DNA from: a bacterium
GTDB lineage: Bacteria > Patescibacteriota > Minisyncoccia > Phycocordibacterales > Zambryskibacteraceae
Assembly (NCBI GenBank): GCA_030649135.1
Contig: JAUSGI010000005.1
Coordinates: 1 to 64,000, forward strand
Direction: 5' to 3'
DNA: 64,000 bases
Positions 8,934 to 18,455 of the stretch are shown in pieces. A program made the translations under genes and the position numbers. The stretch's first letter is position 1. Each line of letters opens with the position of its first letter. Under the pieces are notes generated by a model. It saw only the letters and a list, made by a program, of their open reading frames with translations. It was not told where the DNA came from and searched no databases.

Positions 8934-9872
8934 TTACTTCCTCCTTGAATGAAACCTTTTGTGGGTATCGCGAAGCGCCTTGTCGGTGACGTGGGTATAT
9001 ATTTGAGTTGTCGAAATATTGGCGTGGCCGAGAAGCATTTGGACGCTACGAAGGTCGGCGCCATTGCTTAAAAGATCAGTAGCAAAGCTGTGACGAATAA
9101 CGTGAGGTGTCACTTTTTTTGAAATGCCGGCTTTTATCGCATAATGCTTCACAATTCTTTCTATCGAGCGGCGAGTGAGAGGAAGGGAGTCTTTGGTTTT
9201 AGTGTTTTTCCCTACCTGAACAAAGAGGGCATCATTCATATCCTTGCGAGCTTTGAGATATTTGGATACGGCGTTTCTCGCTTCATCAGAAACAAAGACT
9301 ACCCGCACCTTACTGCCTTTACCCCTGATAGAAAACTCCCCGACAGAAAGATCAGTATCATTATTTAACGAGCAGAGTTCGGATACACGAAGCCCTGTGG
9401 AGAAAAGCATTTCAAGGATAGCTTTGTCGCGAAGTTCTTTAATTCCATCGCCTTTGGGCATCTCAAGTAGGCGAGTGAGTTCGGCAGGGGAGATGAGATC
9501 AAGAGAGCGTTCTCCAACTTTAGCCAGTTCAATGCGTTCTGCTGGCAGACTTGTAATTTCTTGCCGAGCCAGATACTTGAGAAAAGAGCGTAAGGCAATC
9601 AGATAATAATTCTGCGTCTTCTTCGACATGGTTTCACCGGTTTGTCGGTTATTGCCGGTCGACTGGCGGTTAAGCCACATCCTAAATTCTCTCACCACTT
9701 CGTCACTAATATCCTTCGGATTTTTTACTTCGGTATGCTTAAGAAAAACGGAAAGGTAGTGGTCATAGTTCTCAATAGTCTTGAGTGCCCGGCCCTTTTC
9801 GATCTCGGTATATTCCAGAAATCCTCTCTTTAATCGCTCTAGTTCACTAACATTCCCCATATTGTGCGACAT
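8934..9872 (-). CDS. xerD: tyrosine site-specific recombinase (XerC/XerD / phage-integrase family)
   Basis: 312 aa; C-terminal catalytic box HVIRHSFATDLLSNGADLRSVQMLLGHANISTTQIYTHV (R..HxxR..Y). Confidence 0.88.
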   Translation of the reverse strand: MSHNMGNVSELERLKRGFLEYTEIEKGRALKTIENYDHYLSVFLKHTEVKNPKDISDEVVREFRMWLNRQSTGNNRQTGETMSKKTQNYYLIALRSFLKYLARQEITSLPAERIELAKVGERSLDLISPAELTRLLEMPKGDGIKELRDKAILEMLFSTGLRVSELCSLNNDTDLSVGEFSIRGKGSKVRVVFVSDEARNAVSKYLKARKDMNDALFVQVGKNTKTKDSLPLTRRSIERIVKHYAIKAGISKKVTPHVIRHSFATDLLSNGADLRSVQMLLGHANISTTQIYTHVTDKALRDTHKRFHSRRK

Positions 9873-9951
9873 TATAACACGGACGCATTTGACTTGATTT
9901 TCTGTTCAAATAGTTATAGGTTTCTTAGCAGAATTGAGCACAGACAGGAGA

Positions 9952-10215
9952 ATGGCCATGCGATCAGTCACGATAACATTCACGGAAGAGCTCCAGGATG
10001 TCGAGAGCGGCGTGACTCCGGGTGGAGCGATCTTTCTCCACAGCATGATTATGGCGATTAACCGCTTCACGAATACGCTTGAGGTTACCGCACCGCATGA
10101 GATCAAGGTAACCGCCGAACTCATTGGGCTCAAATACGAGGACGGCGCAGACGAGGATGCATTCTCGGTCATTGTGCACAGATCCAAGGTCAGCAAGATG
10201 ACCATCGAGTTTTAG
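9952..10215 (+). CDS. hypothetical protein (GC-rich cassette gene)
   Basis: About 86 aa. AGGAG precedes ATGgccATG; the true start is 9952 or 9958. Followed by a strong terminator. Compositionally unlike its neighbours. Confidence 0.5.
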   Translation: MAMRSVTITFTEELQDVESGVTPGGAIFLHSMIMAINRFTNTLEVTAPHEIKVTAELIGLKYEDGADEDAFSVIVHRSKVSKMTIEF

Positions 10216-10244
10216 TAACTACCTTTCGAACAGTATCAGGGGTA

Positions 10245-10278
10245 GGGCCGCGACGTCGTCGCGGCCCTCTTTTCATTT
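10245..10278 (+). terminator. intrinsic terminator (GGGCCGCGACG tcg TCGCGGCCC + TCTTTTCATTT)
   Basis: 11-bp GC stem followed by a T-rich run. Confidence 0.7.
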
Positions 10279-10326
10279 ACCTTTTAGTGTGTTGCAAAAT
10301 ATGAGTGCATATGCTATACTTGGAAA

Positions 10327-10593
10327 GTGATTTCAAAGACCAGAAAACTTAAGCTCATCAAGGAAGTAGCCATCCACGAAAAGGATACGGGCTCTCCTGA
10401 AGTGCAAATTTCCATACTGACAAAGCGTATCGAGGATTTAGCCAAACATCTCAAAACGCATGCCAAGGACAATCACTCGCGTCGCGGGCTTCTCGCCATG
10501 GTGGCGGGGCGCCAGGCGCATATGAAATATTTGGAAAAGAAAAGTCCGAAACGCGCCAGAGCTTTAGAAAAGAAACTTGGTCTGAAGAAATAA
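10327..10593 (+). CDS. rpsO: 30S ribosomal protein S15
   Basis: 88 aa; HEKDTGSPEVQISILTKRIEDLAKHLKTHAKDNHSRRGLL is the S15 signature. Confidence 0.9.
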   Translation: MISKTRKLKLIKEVAIHEKDTGSPEVQISILTKRIEDLAKHLKTHAKDNHSRRGLLAMVAGRQAHMKYLEKKSPKRARALEKKLGLKK

Positions 10594-10617
10594 GTTTTAA
10601 TAGATTAGAAAAATTTA

Positions 10618-11160
10618 ATGACAGTAATAAAACATAAAGCCCAGCGGGTCGGCATTTTCATAGACACGCAAAACATTTATCACAGCGCCAAAAATATTCA
10701 CCACGCCAAAGCAAATTTTGGCGCGATAGTGAAGGACGTACTCGATGGACGGGTGCTCATCCGCGCTTTAGCCTACGTGGTCACTACCGAATCCGGCGAA
10801 GAAAACGCCTTCTTCGGCGCGCTAGAAAAAGCGGGTATCGAAATACGTTCGAAACCATTGCAAATATTTCTCGGTGGAGCCAAGAAAGCGGACTGGGATG
10901 TCGGATTGGCAATTGATGCCGTCACTATGGCACCCAAACTCGACAGCATCATCCTCTTGTCCGGCGATGGAGACTATGTGCCTTTGGTAGAATACATTCA
11001 AAACACCCATGGTTGCCAGGTAGAGGTAGTGGCCTTCGGCAAATCATCTTCGGCGCGTCTGATTGAAGCGGCCGATGACTTTATCGACCTCGACCAGAAT
11101 CCTAAAAAATATCTTCTCAACACCAACAACATAAAACTTCGTGAAGGAGGCGTCAGATAG
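10618..11160 (+). CDS. NYN-domain (LabA-like / DUF88) protein, putative RNase
   Basis: 180 aa; VGIFIDTQNIYH...ILLSGDGDYVPLVEY matches the PIN-like NYN fold. Confidence 0.75.
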   Translation: MTVIKHKAQRVGIFIDTQNIYHSAKNIHHAKANFGAIVKDVLDGRVLIRALAYVVTTESGEENAFFGALEKAGIEIRSKPLQIFLGGAKKADWDVGLAIDAVTMAPKLDSIILLSGDGDYVPLVEYIQNTHGCQVEVVAFGKSSSARLIEAADDFIDLDQNPKKYLLNTNNIKLREGGVR

Positions 11161-11194
11161 TTCGACCAACTCACTACAAGTGAGTTAGAATAGA

Positions 11195-12061
11195 GTGATG
11201 AATCCGGAAGAAACTCCTTTAAAACAAATTCGCACCTTTCAAGGAGATGTAGCGGAAGCACTCCAGAAACAGCAAGGCTCGCTCGTCTCGATTCAACAAG
11301 CGGAACATTTAAGAACAAGGAACCGTCTTTCGGCTACCGATACCGCCACAGAACAACCTAACAAAAGAAAGGAATTCGTCGTGCTCCTTTTAGGAAGCTT
11401 TGTTCTCCTCGCCCTAAGTGTGGGCGGGGGCTGGTATGCTTACAACGAATATGTGAGAAGGTCCGCCACTCCGATTACAACCGCACCGGCAAACAGATTT
11501 ATATCGGCCAATACCGAAGCCAATATAATGCTTGCGGCCACTTCACGCGATACTCTTTTTCAGACTCTTTCCGATGCCATCAAGGGCATGGCCTCCGGGG
11601 AACTTAGACATGTCGTCTTGCGAAAGGGTTTGACGAAAGAAACGGCTTATCTGTTTCCCACAAGCGAATTTTTGGTAGCACTCGAGAGCCGGGCTCCCGG
11701 CGGGCTGGTACGAGCTTTCGACCCGCTTTTCATGTTTGGAGCTTCCGGAAAAAGTGCCTTCTTAATAATTAAACTGGCCTCTTTTGAAAATGCCTTTGCG
11801 GGCATGCTCGCTTGGGAGAAAAATATGAGTCAAGATATCGGACCTCTATTTGCCACCGCCACGCTCTTGAAAGATATGCCGCCCGAAGCCGTCTTCACGG
11901 ACCTGATAGACAAAAACAAGGACGTTCGGGTCCTTGCGCTCGGCAAGGAGCCAGTTCTCCTTTACTCATTTGTCGACAACAATATGCTTATCATCACGGA
12001 TAATATCGAGACTTTAAGAACTCTCGTAGACCGCCTGACGCGAGAAAAACTTTCCCGTTAG
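11195..12061 (+). CDS. hypothetical membrane-anchored protein
   Basis: 288 aa; one TM helix (FVVLLLGSFVLLALSVGGGWYAY) followed by a presumably extracytoplasmic domain. Confidence 0.5.
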   Translation: MMNPEETPLKQIRTFQGDVAEALQKQQGSLVSIQQAEHLRTRNRLSATDTATEQPNKRKEFVVLLLGSFVLLALSVGGGWYAYNEYVRRSATPITTAPANRFISANTEANIMLAATSRDTLFQTLSDAIKGMASGELRHVVLRKGLTKETAYLFPTSEFLVALESRAPGGLVRAFDPLFMFGASGKSAFLIIKLASFENAFAGMLAWEKNMSQDIGPLFATATLLKDMPPEAVFTDLIDKNKDVRVLALGKEPVLLYSFVDNNMLIITDNIETLRTLVDRLTREKLSR

Positions 12062-12085
12062 CCCGTTTTCTGATAAGATAAGTGT

Positions 12086-12445
12086 ATGGCTATAGACTAC
12101 GAACACTTTAAAACAAAGCTAGAGGCGGAAAAAAAACTTTTAGAAGAAGAGTTGGAGAAAGTCGGCAGAAGAAACCCCGATAACCTTTCCGATTGGGAAG
12201 CCACCCCTGCTGACAAAGACACCTCCCAAGCGGACGAAAACACCGTCGCTGATGGCGTGGAAGACTATGAAGACAATGTGGCAATCGTTGACACTTTGGA
12301 AACTCGTTACCGAGACCTCAAAATCGCTTTGGATAAAATCAAGCAGGGCACCTACGGCATCTGCGAAACCGACAAAGAAGAAATAGACACGGAGCGGCTT
12401 GAAGCGAATCCATCAGCCCGCACTTGCCGCAAACATATGGAATGA
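12086..12445 (+). CDS. DksA/TraR-like C4 zinc-finger protein (degenerate)
   Basis: 119 aa; acidic coiled-coil N-terminus and C-terminal GICETDKEEIDTERLEANPSARTCRKH resembling the DksA/TraR finger. Confidence 0.55.
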   Translation: MAIDYEHFKTKLEAEKKLLEEELEKVGRRNPDNLSDWEATPADKDTSQADENTVADGVEDYEDNVAIVDTLETRYRDLKIALDKIKQGTYGICETDKEEIDTERLEANPSARTCRKHME

Positions 12446-13971
12446 GTTTCTCCAAGGTTTATAGTGCACAAACAAATCTTCTTTCTGTTATCCCTATTTC
12501 CGTCGAGACGGATATTTCTCGCGGTCTAAATGCTTTCGCAATAGTCGGCCTGCCGGACAAAGCCGTAGAAGAAGCGCGGGACCGTGTCTCAGCCGCTATC
12601 AAAAACTCTGGGTTTGATTCCCCGAAAGCTAAAAATCATAAAATAGTTATCTCACTTGCGCCTGCGGACCAGAAGAAAGAAGGCCCGTCCTACGATGTTG
12701 CCATCGCTCTGTCATACCTTACGGCCAATAAAGACATCGCCTTCGACCACGAGGGTAAATTATTTTTAGGGGAGCTATCGCTCGACGGAAAAGTGCGGGC
12801 GGTACACGGCATCCTGCCTATTGCCCAATTTGCCAAACAAAATGGTTTCAAAGAACTTTATGTACCCATGGAAAATGTTCGCGAAGCGGCTCTTATTGAC
12901 GGTGTAAGTATCTTTGGCATCTTGTCCCTTGCGGGGCTCATAGAACATCTTTCCGGTACTGCCAAAATTCCAAAAGCGATATTGACCGTAGTCGATAAAA
13001 GAAAATCGGTTTCGAATATAGACTTCTCCGACATCAGGGGTCAAGAAAGGGCCAAGCGTGGACTCTTGATTGCGGCGGCAGGCGGACATAATGCCGCCAT
13101 GTACGGACCGCCCGGTACCGGCAAAACCATGCTTGCTAAAGCTTTTGCCGGCATCTTGCCGGAACTCACTTTCGAAGAGGCACTCGAAGCGACCGGCATC
13201 CACTCCGTAGCAGGCACGCTCTCCGAAACTTTTATTGCTCACCCTCCTTTCCGAGCACCACACCATACCGCTTCGTACGTTTCATTAGTCGGTGGCGGAG
13301 CCACGCCTAGGCCGGGAGAAATCACTTTGGCTCACCGCGGAGTCCTTTTCATGGATGAATTCCCGGAGTTTGACAGGAGAGTGATAGAAAGTTTACGCCA
13401 ACCGCTTGAAGATAAAGTGATATCCGTTTCCCGCGCCAAAGGCACGGCGCACTTCCCGGCGAATGTGTTATTGATAGCCGCCATGAATCCATGCCCTTGC
13501 GGGAACTTCGGCTTCCGAGGCAAGCCCTGCATTTGCACACCTTCCACGCTTTCGAGGTATCGAAGGAAAATGTCGGGACCAATCATGGACCGCATAGACA
13601 TCTGGCTTGAAGTGGATAGAGTCCTGCCAAGCGAACTCTCCGGCGACTCGGAAGGGGAAGTAAGTGAGAGTCTTCGAAGTAAAGTGGAGAAGGCACGAGT
13701 AGCCCAGAAAGAACGTTTCAATAAAAAAGGCAAGAAAATATCGCGCAACTCGGAAATGAACGCCAGAGACATGGTGACACTTGTCACTCTCGATAAAGAA
13801 TCGCGCAGGACGCTTGACCTCGCCGCAGAGCGTTTAGGTTTTTCCCCACGCGTTTATCACCGAATGATAAAAGTGGCGCGCACCGTTGCCGACCTTGAGG
13901 GCAGCGAAGAAATTAACAACTCGCACATCCTAGAGGCAGTCGAATACCGCCCTAAAAAGTTTGATGTTTAG
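12424..13971 (+). CDS. comM: YifB/ComM family Mg-chelatase-like AAA+ ATPase
   Basis: 515 aa; N-terminal Lon-like/ChlI domain, Walker A (GPPGTGKTMLAKAF), Walker B (LFMDEFPEF). Confidence 0.9.
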   Translation: MPQTYGMSFSKVYSAQTNLLSVIPISVETDISRGLNAFAIVGLPDKAVEEARDRVSAAIKNSGFDSPKAKNHKIVISLAPADQKKEGPSYDVAIALSYLTANKDIAFDHEGKLFLGELSLDGKVRAVHGILPIAQFAKQNGFKELYVPMENVREAALIDGVSIFGILSLAGLIEHLSGTAKIPKAILTVVDKRKSVSNIDFSDIRGQERAKRGLLIAAAGGHNAAMYGPPGTGKTMLAKAFAGILPELTFEEALEATGIHSVAGTLSETFIAHPPFRAPHHTASYVSLVGGGATPRPGEITLAHRGVLFMDEFPEFDRRVIESLRQPLEDKVISVSRAKGTAHFPANVLLIAAMNPCPCGNFGFRGKPCICTPSTLSRYRRKMSGPIMDRIDIWLEVDRVLPSELSGDSEGEVSESLRSKVEKARVAQKERFNKKGKKISRNSEMNARDMVTLVTLDKESRRTLDLAAERLGFSPRVYHRMIKVARTVADLEGSEEINNSHILEAVEYRPKKFDV

Positions 13972-14915
13972 AACTGATTCTTGGCGCCGCGGATTTCGAA
14001 ATGGAGATGCGGACCCGTTGACTTGCCGGTACTGCCGACAGCTCCGATAACTTGACCCTGCGCCACATTCTGTCCGGACAAAACAATATTTTTACTCATG
14101 TGGGCATAAAGCGTCTGGGTACCATTCGTATGGCTAATTACTACATAAAGTCCGTAACCGCCATTGTATCCGCCGGCACGTGACACAATAACCTTACCGC
14201 CAGCCGAGGCGAGGATTGGGGTGCCCGTGGGGGCCGCCAAGTCGACACCATTGTTGCCGTGAAGGCCTTGACTCTTTCTGCCACCCACTATCGGGCGAAG
14301 ATAAAATCCTGCATAAGTAGGATAACCTTGAGAGGCCTGTGACCTGGAAGTTCGGGCTAGGGAAGTCTGGGAAACACTAATGACACCGTCAGGGATAATT
14401 ACAACATCGCCCGCTTTGAGCTTGGCACCACTTGGAAGGTCGTTATATGAAAGGATATCGCCGAGATCCGCTTTATATTTGGTGGCTATAGACTTGAGAG
14501 TATCGCCGCTTTTTACAGTGTGGCGCACCCCGGAGATGGGCAGGATGACAAGTTCTTGCCCTTCTTTTATCGAACCCCTCTTGATGTCGTTGGCCCAGAC
14601 AATAGTGTTGGTGGAAACGCCGAACATCTCGGCAATTTCACTTAGGGTATCGCCTCGGCGCACAACGTACACACTAATCTGACCGGTGCCGGACTTACCA
14701 AGGTCTACGAATACTTCACTATCTCCGCCGTTAGATTCCAGAGCGACACTATCCACGATGGCGACCCGCGCGCGCCCTGTGCCGGTAGGGTTAATATTTA
14801 AATATCCTTCCAAAAGATCCATGGTCTGGGAATTACCGGCATCCACCACTTCCGGCATACGCAAAACTTCCCCCGCCTGGCTACGCGCTAGGGCGAAGAT
14901 AGGGAAGGTGACCAA
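13968..14915 (-). CDS. LysM-domain M23 family metallopeptidase
   Basis: 315 aa; signal peptide, two LysM repeats (YVVRRGDTLSEIAEMFGVS; HTVKSGDTLKSIATKY), and M23 HxxxD...HLHFE motifs. Confidence 0.88.
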   Translation of the reverse strand: MVTFPIFALARSQAGEVLRMPEVVDAGNSQTMDLLEGYLNINPTGTGRARVAIVDSVALESNGGDSEVFVDLGKSGTGQISVYVVRRGDTLSEIAEMFGVSTNTIVWANDIKRGSIKEGQELVILPISGVRHTVKSGDTLKSIATKYKADLGDILSYNDLPSGAKLKAGDVVIIPDGVISVSQTSLARTSRSQASQGYPTYAGFYLRPIVGGRKSQGLHGNNGVDLAAPTGTPILASAGGKVIVSRAGGYNGGYGLYVVISHTNGTQTLYAHMSKNIVLSGQNVAQGQVIGAVGSTGKSTGPHLHFEIRGAKNQF

Positions 14916-15027
14916 TGCAAAAAGTATATATTTGGTCGTTATTTTACTAATAGAATATGGCTAAACTGCTATGTTTTGTACCAATCTTTCACTAACCATT
15001 ATAACCTCATATGATATAGTGTCCAGC

Positions 15028-16956
15028 ATGTCGAAACTCTCGGGAAATCTCAACTCTCGACAGCAAAAAGCGGTCGCCTCTATAGCGGGACCGGTCTTAA
15101 TCTTGGCGGGTGCCGGCGCCGGTAAAACCCGCACTATTGCTGAGAGAATCCGCCACCTTGTTCATGCTGGCGTGGCCCCTTCGGCCATCCTGGCCATTAC
15201 CTTTACCAACAAGGCGGCCAGGGAGATGCGCGAACGGATAGAGCGGGGATTGAGAGACAGCCCCGAACAACCTTTTGTCAGCACATTCCACTCTCTGGGG
15301 GTATATATCCTGCGAGAACAGTCGGCAAAAGTGGGCATCAAGAAACACTTCACTATTTTTGACCGAGACGATAGCAAAAAAGCGGTGAGAGAGGTACTGA
15401 TAACTCTCGGACTTGACCCGAAGACACATGACCCCGGCCGCATTATGAGCATCATTTCGAGAGAAAAGGGTAGGGGTATAGGTACGGAGGCTTATGGCGA
15501 CAACGAGACACGTGGCTATTTTCAAAACGTGATAGGGCAAGTCTGGCCGGCATACGAGAAACTGCTCGCAAGAGACAACGCGCTTGACTTCGATGACCTG
15601 CTTGTCAAAACCATGGGCCTCCTCCGCGACGACCGTGCGGTGCGCGAGCTTTACCAAAATATTTGGAAATATATCCATATAGACGAGTACCAGGACACCA
15701 ACCGAGTCCAATACGAGATTTCAAAAATGTTGGTGGGAGAAAATAAAAATATCTGCGTGGTAGGGGACATAGACCAGAACATTTATTCTTGGCGTGGCGC
15801 GGATATCAAAAATATTCTCGACTTCGAGAAAGATTACCCGAACGCGCAAGTAATTACACTAGAAGAAAATTATCGTTCCACCAAAACAATTCTCGAAGCA
15901 GCCAAAGTGGTGATAGAAAAAAATAAAATCAGGTTTAAAAAGAATCTTTTCACAGATAACCCCGCGGGCGAGAAAATTGGCTTGTTCGGAGGCTTCGATG
16001 AATCAAGTGAGGCGGAGTTTATCGCTAGCAGAGCCGAAGTGCTCATCAAACAAGGGGTGTCGCCGGGAGAAATTGCGGTACTTTTCCGAGCAAACTTCCA
16101 GTCGCGAGTACTCGAGGAAGCATTCATGAATCGCGGTATTCCTTACCAACTCCTCGGCACACGATTCTTCGAACGCAAGGAAATCAAGGACGTAATTTCA
16201 TATCTGCGTGCCGCCCTTAATCCGGAGAGTCTTTCGGACTTTAAGCGCATCATCAACGTGCCGGCGCGCGGTGTCGGCAAGACTACGGTGCTGAAAATAT
16301 TTGCGGGCAACGAGTCAACCCTGCCACAAACAATGAAAGTCAAACTGACAAGCTTCAGAAAACTGCTTAACGAAATCGCACAAGTTTCACAAACGAAGAA
16401 ACCGAGCGAGACTATATCTTTCATTATCAAAGTATCCGGACTGGAACAAGAGTGGAAAAATAGTGGAGATGAAGGCGTGGCCCGACTCGAGAATGTCTAC
16501 GAATTGGCAAACTTTGCTTCCCGATACGATAGCTTACCTCCGGAAGAGGGTATTTTGAACTTCCTCGCGGATGCGGCGCTTCAGAGCGACCAAGACGAAA
16601 TGAAGGACGGGGTACCTGCGGTACGTCTAATGACTGTGCACGCTTCCAAAGGTTTAGAGTTCGATATTGTTTTCGTCACCGGACTTGAAGATGGGCTCTT
16701 CCCACACCGGAAGGCAAATGAGGAAGCCATCGGTCAGGAAGAAAGAGAGGAGGAACGCAGGCTTTTTTATGTCGCGCTCACCCGTGCGCGCAAGAAAGTG
16801 TTTCTTTCGTATGCCGAGACACGCACCCTCTTTGGCAGAAGGCAAGTCAATATACCTTCTGAATTTATTTTTGATATTCCCGAAACGTTGGTTGAGGAAG
16901 AGTCTTTCGATGAGCATAGTCTACCCAGAAGGCCTCTCCTCCAAATCGATTTCTAG
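15028..16956 (+). CDS. pcrA: UvrD/PcrA-type ATP-dependent DNA helicase
   Basis: About 640 aa; Walker A AGAGKTRTI, helicase motifs (DEYQDTN, YRSTK, VTGLEDGLFPH). The ORF track starts at 14971, but MSKLSG at 15028 is the more plausible start. Confidence 0.9.
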   Translation: MSKLSGNLNSRQQKAVASIAGPVLILAGAGAGKTRTIAERIRHLVHAGVAPSAILAITFTNKAAREMRERIERGLRDSPEQPFVSTFHSLGVYILREQSAKVGIKKHFTIFDRDDSKKAVREVLITLGLDPKTHDPGRIMSIISREKGRGIGTEAYGDNETRGYFQNVIGQVWPAYEKLLARDNALDFDDLLVKTMGLLRDDRAVRELYQNIWKYIHIDEYQDTNRVQYEISKMLVGENKNICVVGDIDQNIYSWRGADIKNILDFEKDYPNAQVITLEENYRSTKTILEAAKVVIEKNKIRFKKNLFTDNPAGEKIGLFGGFDESSEAEFIASRAEVLIKQGVSPGEIAVLFRANFQSRVLEEAFMNRGIPYQLLGTRFFERKEIKDVISYLRAALNPESLSDFKRIINVPARGVGKTTVLKIFAGNESTLPQTMKVKLTSFRKLLNEIAQVSQTKKPSETISFIIKVSGLEQEWKNSGDEGVARLENVYELANFASRYDSLPPEEGILNFLADAALQSDQDEMKDGVPAVRLMTVHASKGLEFDIVFVTGLEDGLFPHRKANEEAIGQEEREEERRLFYVALTRARKKVFLSYAETRTLFGRRQVNIPSEFIFDIPETLVEEESFDEHSLPRRPLLQIDF

Positions 16957-16969
16957 TCTCTTACCACAT

Positions 16970-16988
16970 GTCGACTCCGGGAGTCGAC
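16970..16988. repeat. REP-like 19-bp perfect palindrome GTCGACTCCGGGAGTCGAC (copy 1, 32 bp upstream of the RAYT gene)
   Basis: One of three near-identical copies at 16970-16988, 17174-17192 and 17643-17661. Confidence 0.7.
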
Positions 16989-17173
16989 AGCAAGCTGATA
17001 AAAGGGCTATAATTCAATTATGAGAAACGTAAAACTAGTTGAAAACGAACTTTATCACGTGATGAACCGAGGTGTAGATAAAAGGTCAATCTTCCGGGAC
17101 AAAAACGACCTGGACAGATTTTTTGAGGGAATGCAGAAACTAAATGTGCTGACTCCAACTGGGCACTTAGCTC

Positions 17174-17192
17174 GTCGACTCCCGGAGTCGAC
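17174..17192. repeat. REP-like palindrome copy 2 (GTCGACTCCCGGAGTCGAC), in frame inside the RAYT ORF
   Basis: Encodes ...RRLPESTDKK... within the transposase. Confidence 0.65.
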
Positions 17193-17642
17193 AGACAAGA
17201 AGCTTGTTAAGTTCATAGCGTATGATTTGAACCCAAACCACTTTCATTTTATCTTGGAACAGGCTGCAGAAAGAGGCATAGAACGGCTAATGAATCGGCT
17301 CTGCATATCGCATTCAAAATATTTTAATCTTAAGTATCATAGGATGGGCACTTTATTCCAAGGTAGATTCAAAGCAATTCATGTTGATACGAACGAATAC
17401 CTGCTTCACTTAAGCGCTTATGTGAATCTAAACGATGTAGCACACACCCGCAACAGTAAACCGGGACTGTCTAAATCAAGTTGGGTAGAATATATTGGCG
17501 AGTCAAGAGAAGAATTTTGCGATAAGTCAATAATACTTGATCAATTTAAAAATGGAGGAGAATATAAGAGGTTCGCTGAAAGCACTTTGCGGGACATTAT
17601 TGATCGAAAGATTTTGCTAGCAGAACTAGAAGACGAATTGAT

Positions 17643-17661
17643 GTCGATTCCCGGAGTCGAC
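17643..17661. repeat. REP-like palindrome copy 3 (GTCGATTCCCGGAGTCGAC) at the 3' end of the RAYT ORF
   Basis: Lies 10 bp before the RAYT stop and the overlapping rsmA start. Confidence 0.65.
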
Positions 17662-17669
17662 AAGGCGAT

Positions 17670-18455
17670 ATGAAAGCAAAAAAGTCATTGGGGCAGCATT
17701 TTTTGAGAAGCGAGAAAGCCTTGCGCGCAATTGTCGAGACCGGAGACATTAACCATGGTGAAACAATCTTGGAAATAGGGCCTGGGCGGGGAGTTCTGAC
17801 AAAAAAACTCTTGGAGGCCGGCGCGAAAGTAATCGCAGTAGAAAAAGATGACGAACTCTACGAACTTTTGCGGCAAGTATACGAAAAAGAAATTGAAAAC
17901 GGGAAACTTGAATTAATTCATGGCGATATTATTGAATTTGATTTGTCTAAGCTAGCAGCTAAAACCTATAAGCTAGTGGCCAATATTCCATACAATATTA
18001 CAGGCGCTATTTTAAAAAAATTCCTTGAGACAAATTGTCAGCCGGAGAGAATAGTGCTTTTGGTACAGAAAGAAGTAGCCAAAAGAATCGTGGCTCAAGA
18101 CGGCAAAGAAAGCATTCTTTCTGTTTCAGTCAAAGTATATGGGGCACCAAGATATATAGAAACGGTAAAAGCAGGTTCATTTACTCCCATGCCCAAAGTA
18201 GATTCGGCTATTATTCTCATAGATAACATTTCCAAAAAATATTTTGCTCATTTTTCCGAAAAAGATTTTTTTACAACGGTTCGCACTGGATTCAAATCCA
18301 AACGCAAAAAACTTTCTTCCAATCTTTCGGCAATATTTGCTAAAGAAAAGGTCCTGGAAACATTTCGAAAACTGAATTTAGACGAGAATCTGCGAGCCGA
18401 GGACGTCGGGATTGAGACTTGGGGAAAACTTGTTACCCACCTGTGCTCTGATTAG
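17670..18455 (+). CDS. rsmA: 16S rRNA (adenine1518/1519-N6)-dimethyltransferase
   Basis: 261 aa; LGQHFL... and EIGPGRGVLT SAM-binding motif of KsgA/RsmA. Confidence 0.9.
   Translation: MKAKKSLGQHFLRSEKALRAIVETGDINHGETILEIGPGRGVLTKKLLEAGAKVIAVEKDDELYELLRQVYEKEIENGKLELIHGDIIEFDLSKLAAKTYKLVANIPYNITGAILKKFLETNCQPERIVLLVQKEVAKRIVAQDGKESILSVSVKVYGAPRYIETVKAGSFTPMPKVDSAIILIDNISKKYFAHFSEKDFFTTVRTGFKSKRKKLSSNLSAIFAKEKVLETFRKLNLDENLRAEDVGIETWGKLVTHLCSD

Larger units (their letters stand above)
17020..17673 (+). mobile_element. IS200/IS605-type HUH Y1 transposase, REP-associated (RAYT-like)
   Basis: 217 aa; HUH motif (NHFHFIL) and a downstream catalytic-Tyr region (YLLHLSAYVNLN). Palindromic REP-like repeats lie at its 5' flank, inside the ORF and at its 3' end. 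Confidence 0.75.

Noticed and set aside
15097-15711. 204-aa minus-strand ORF inside the helicase gene
   Set aside because: Antisense to pcrA/uvrD, which has unmistakable helicase motifs in the plus frame.
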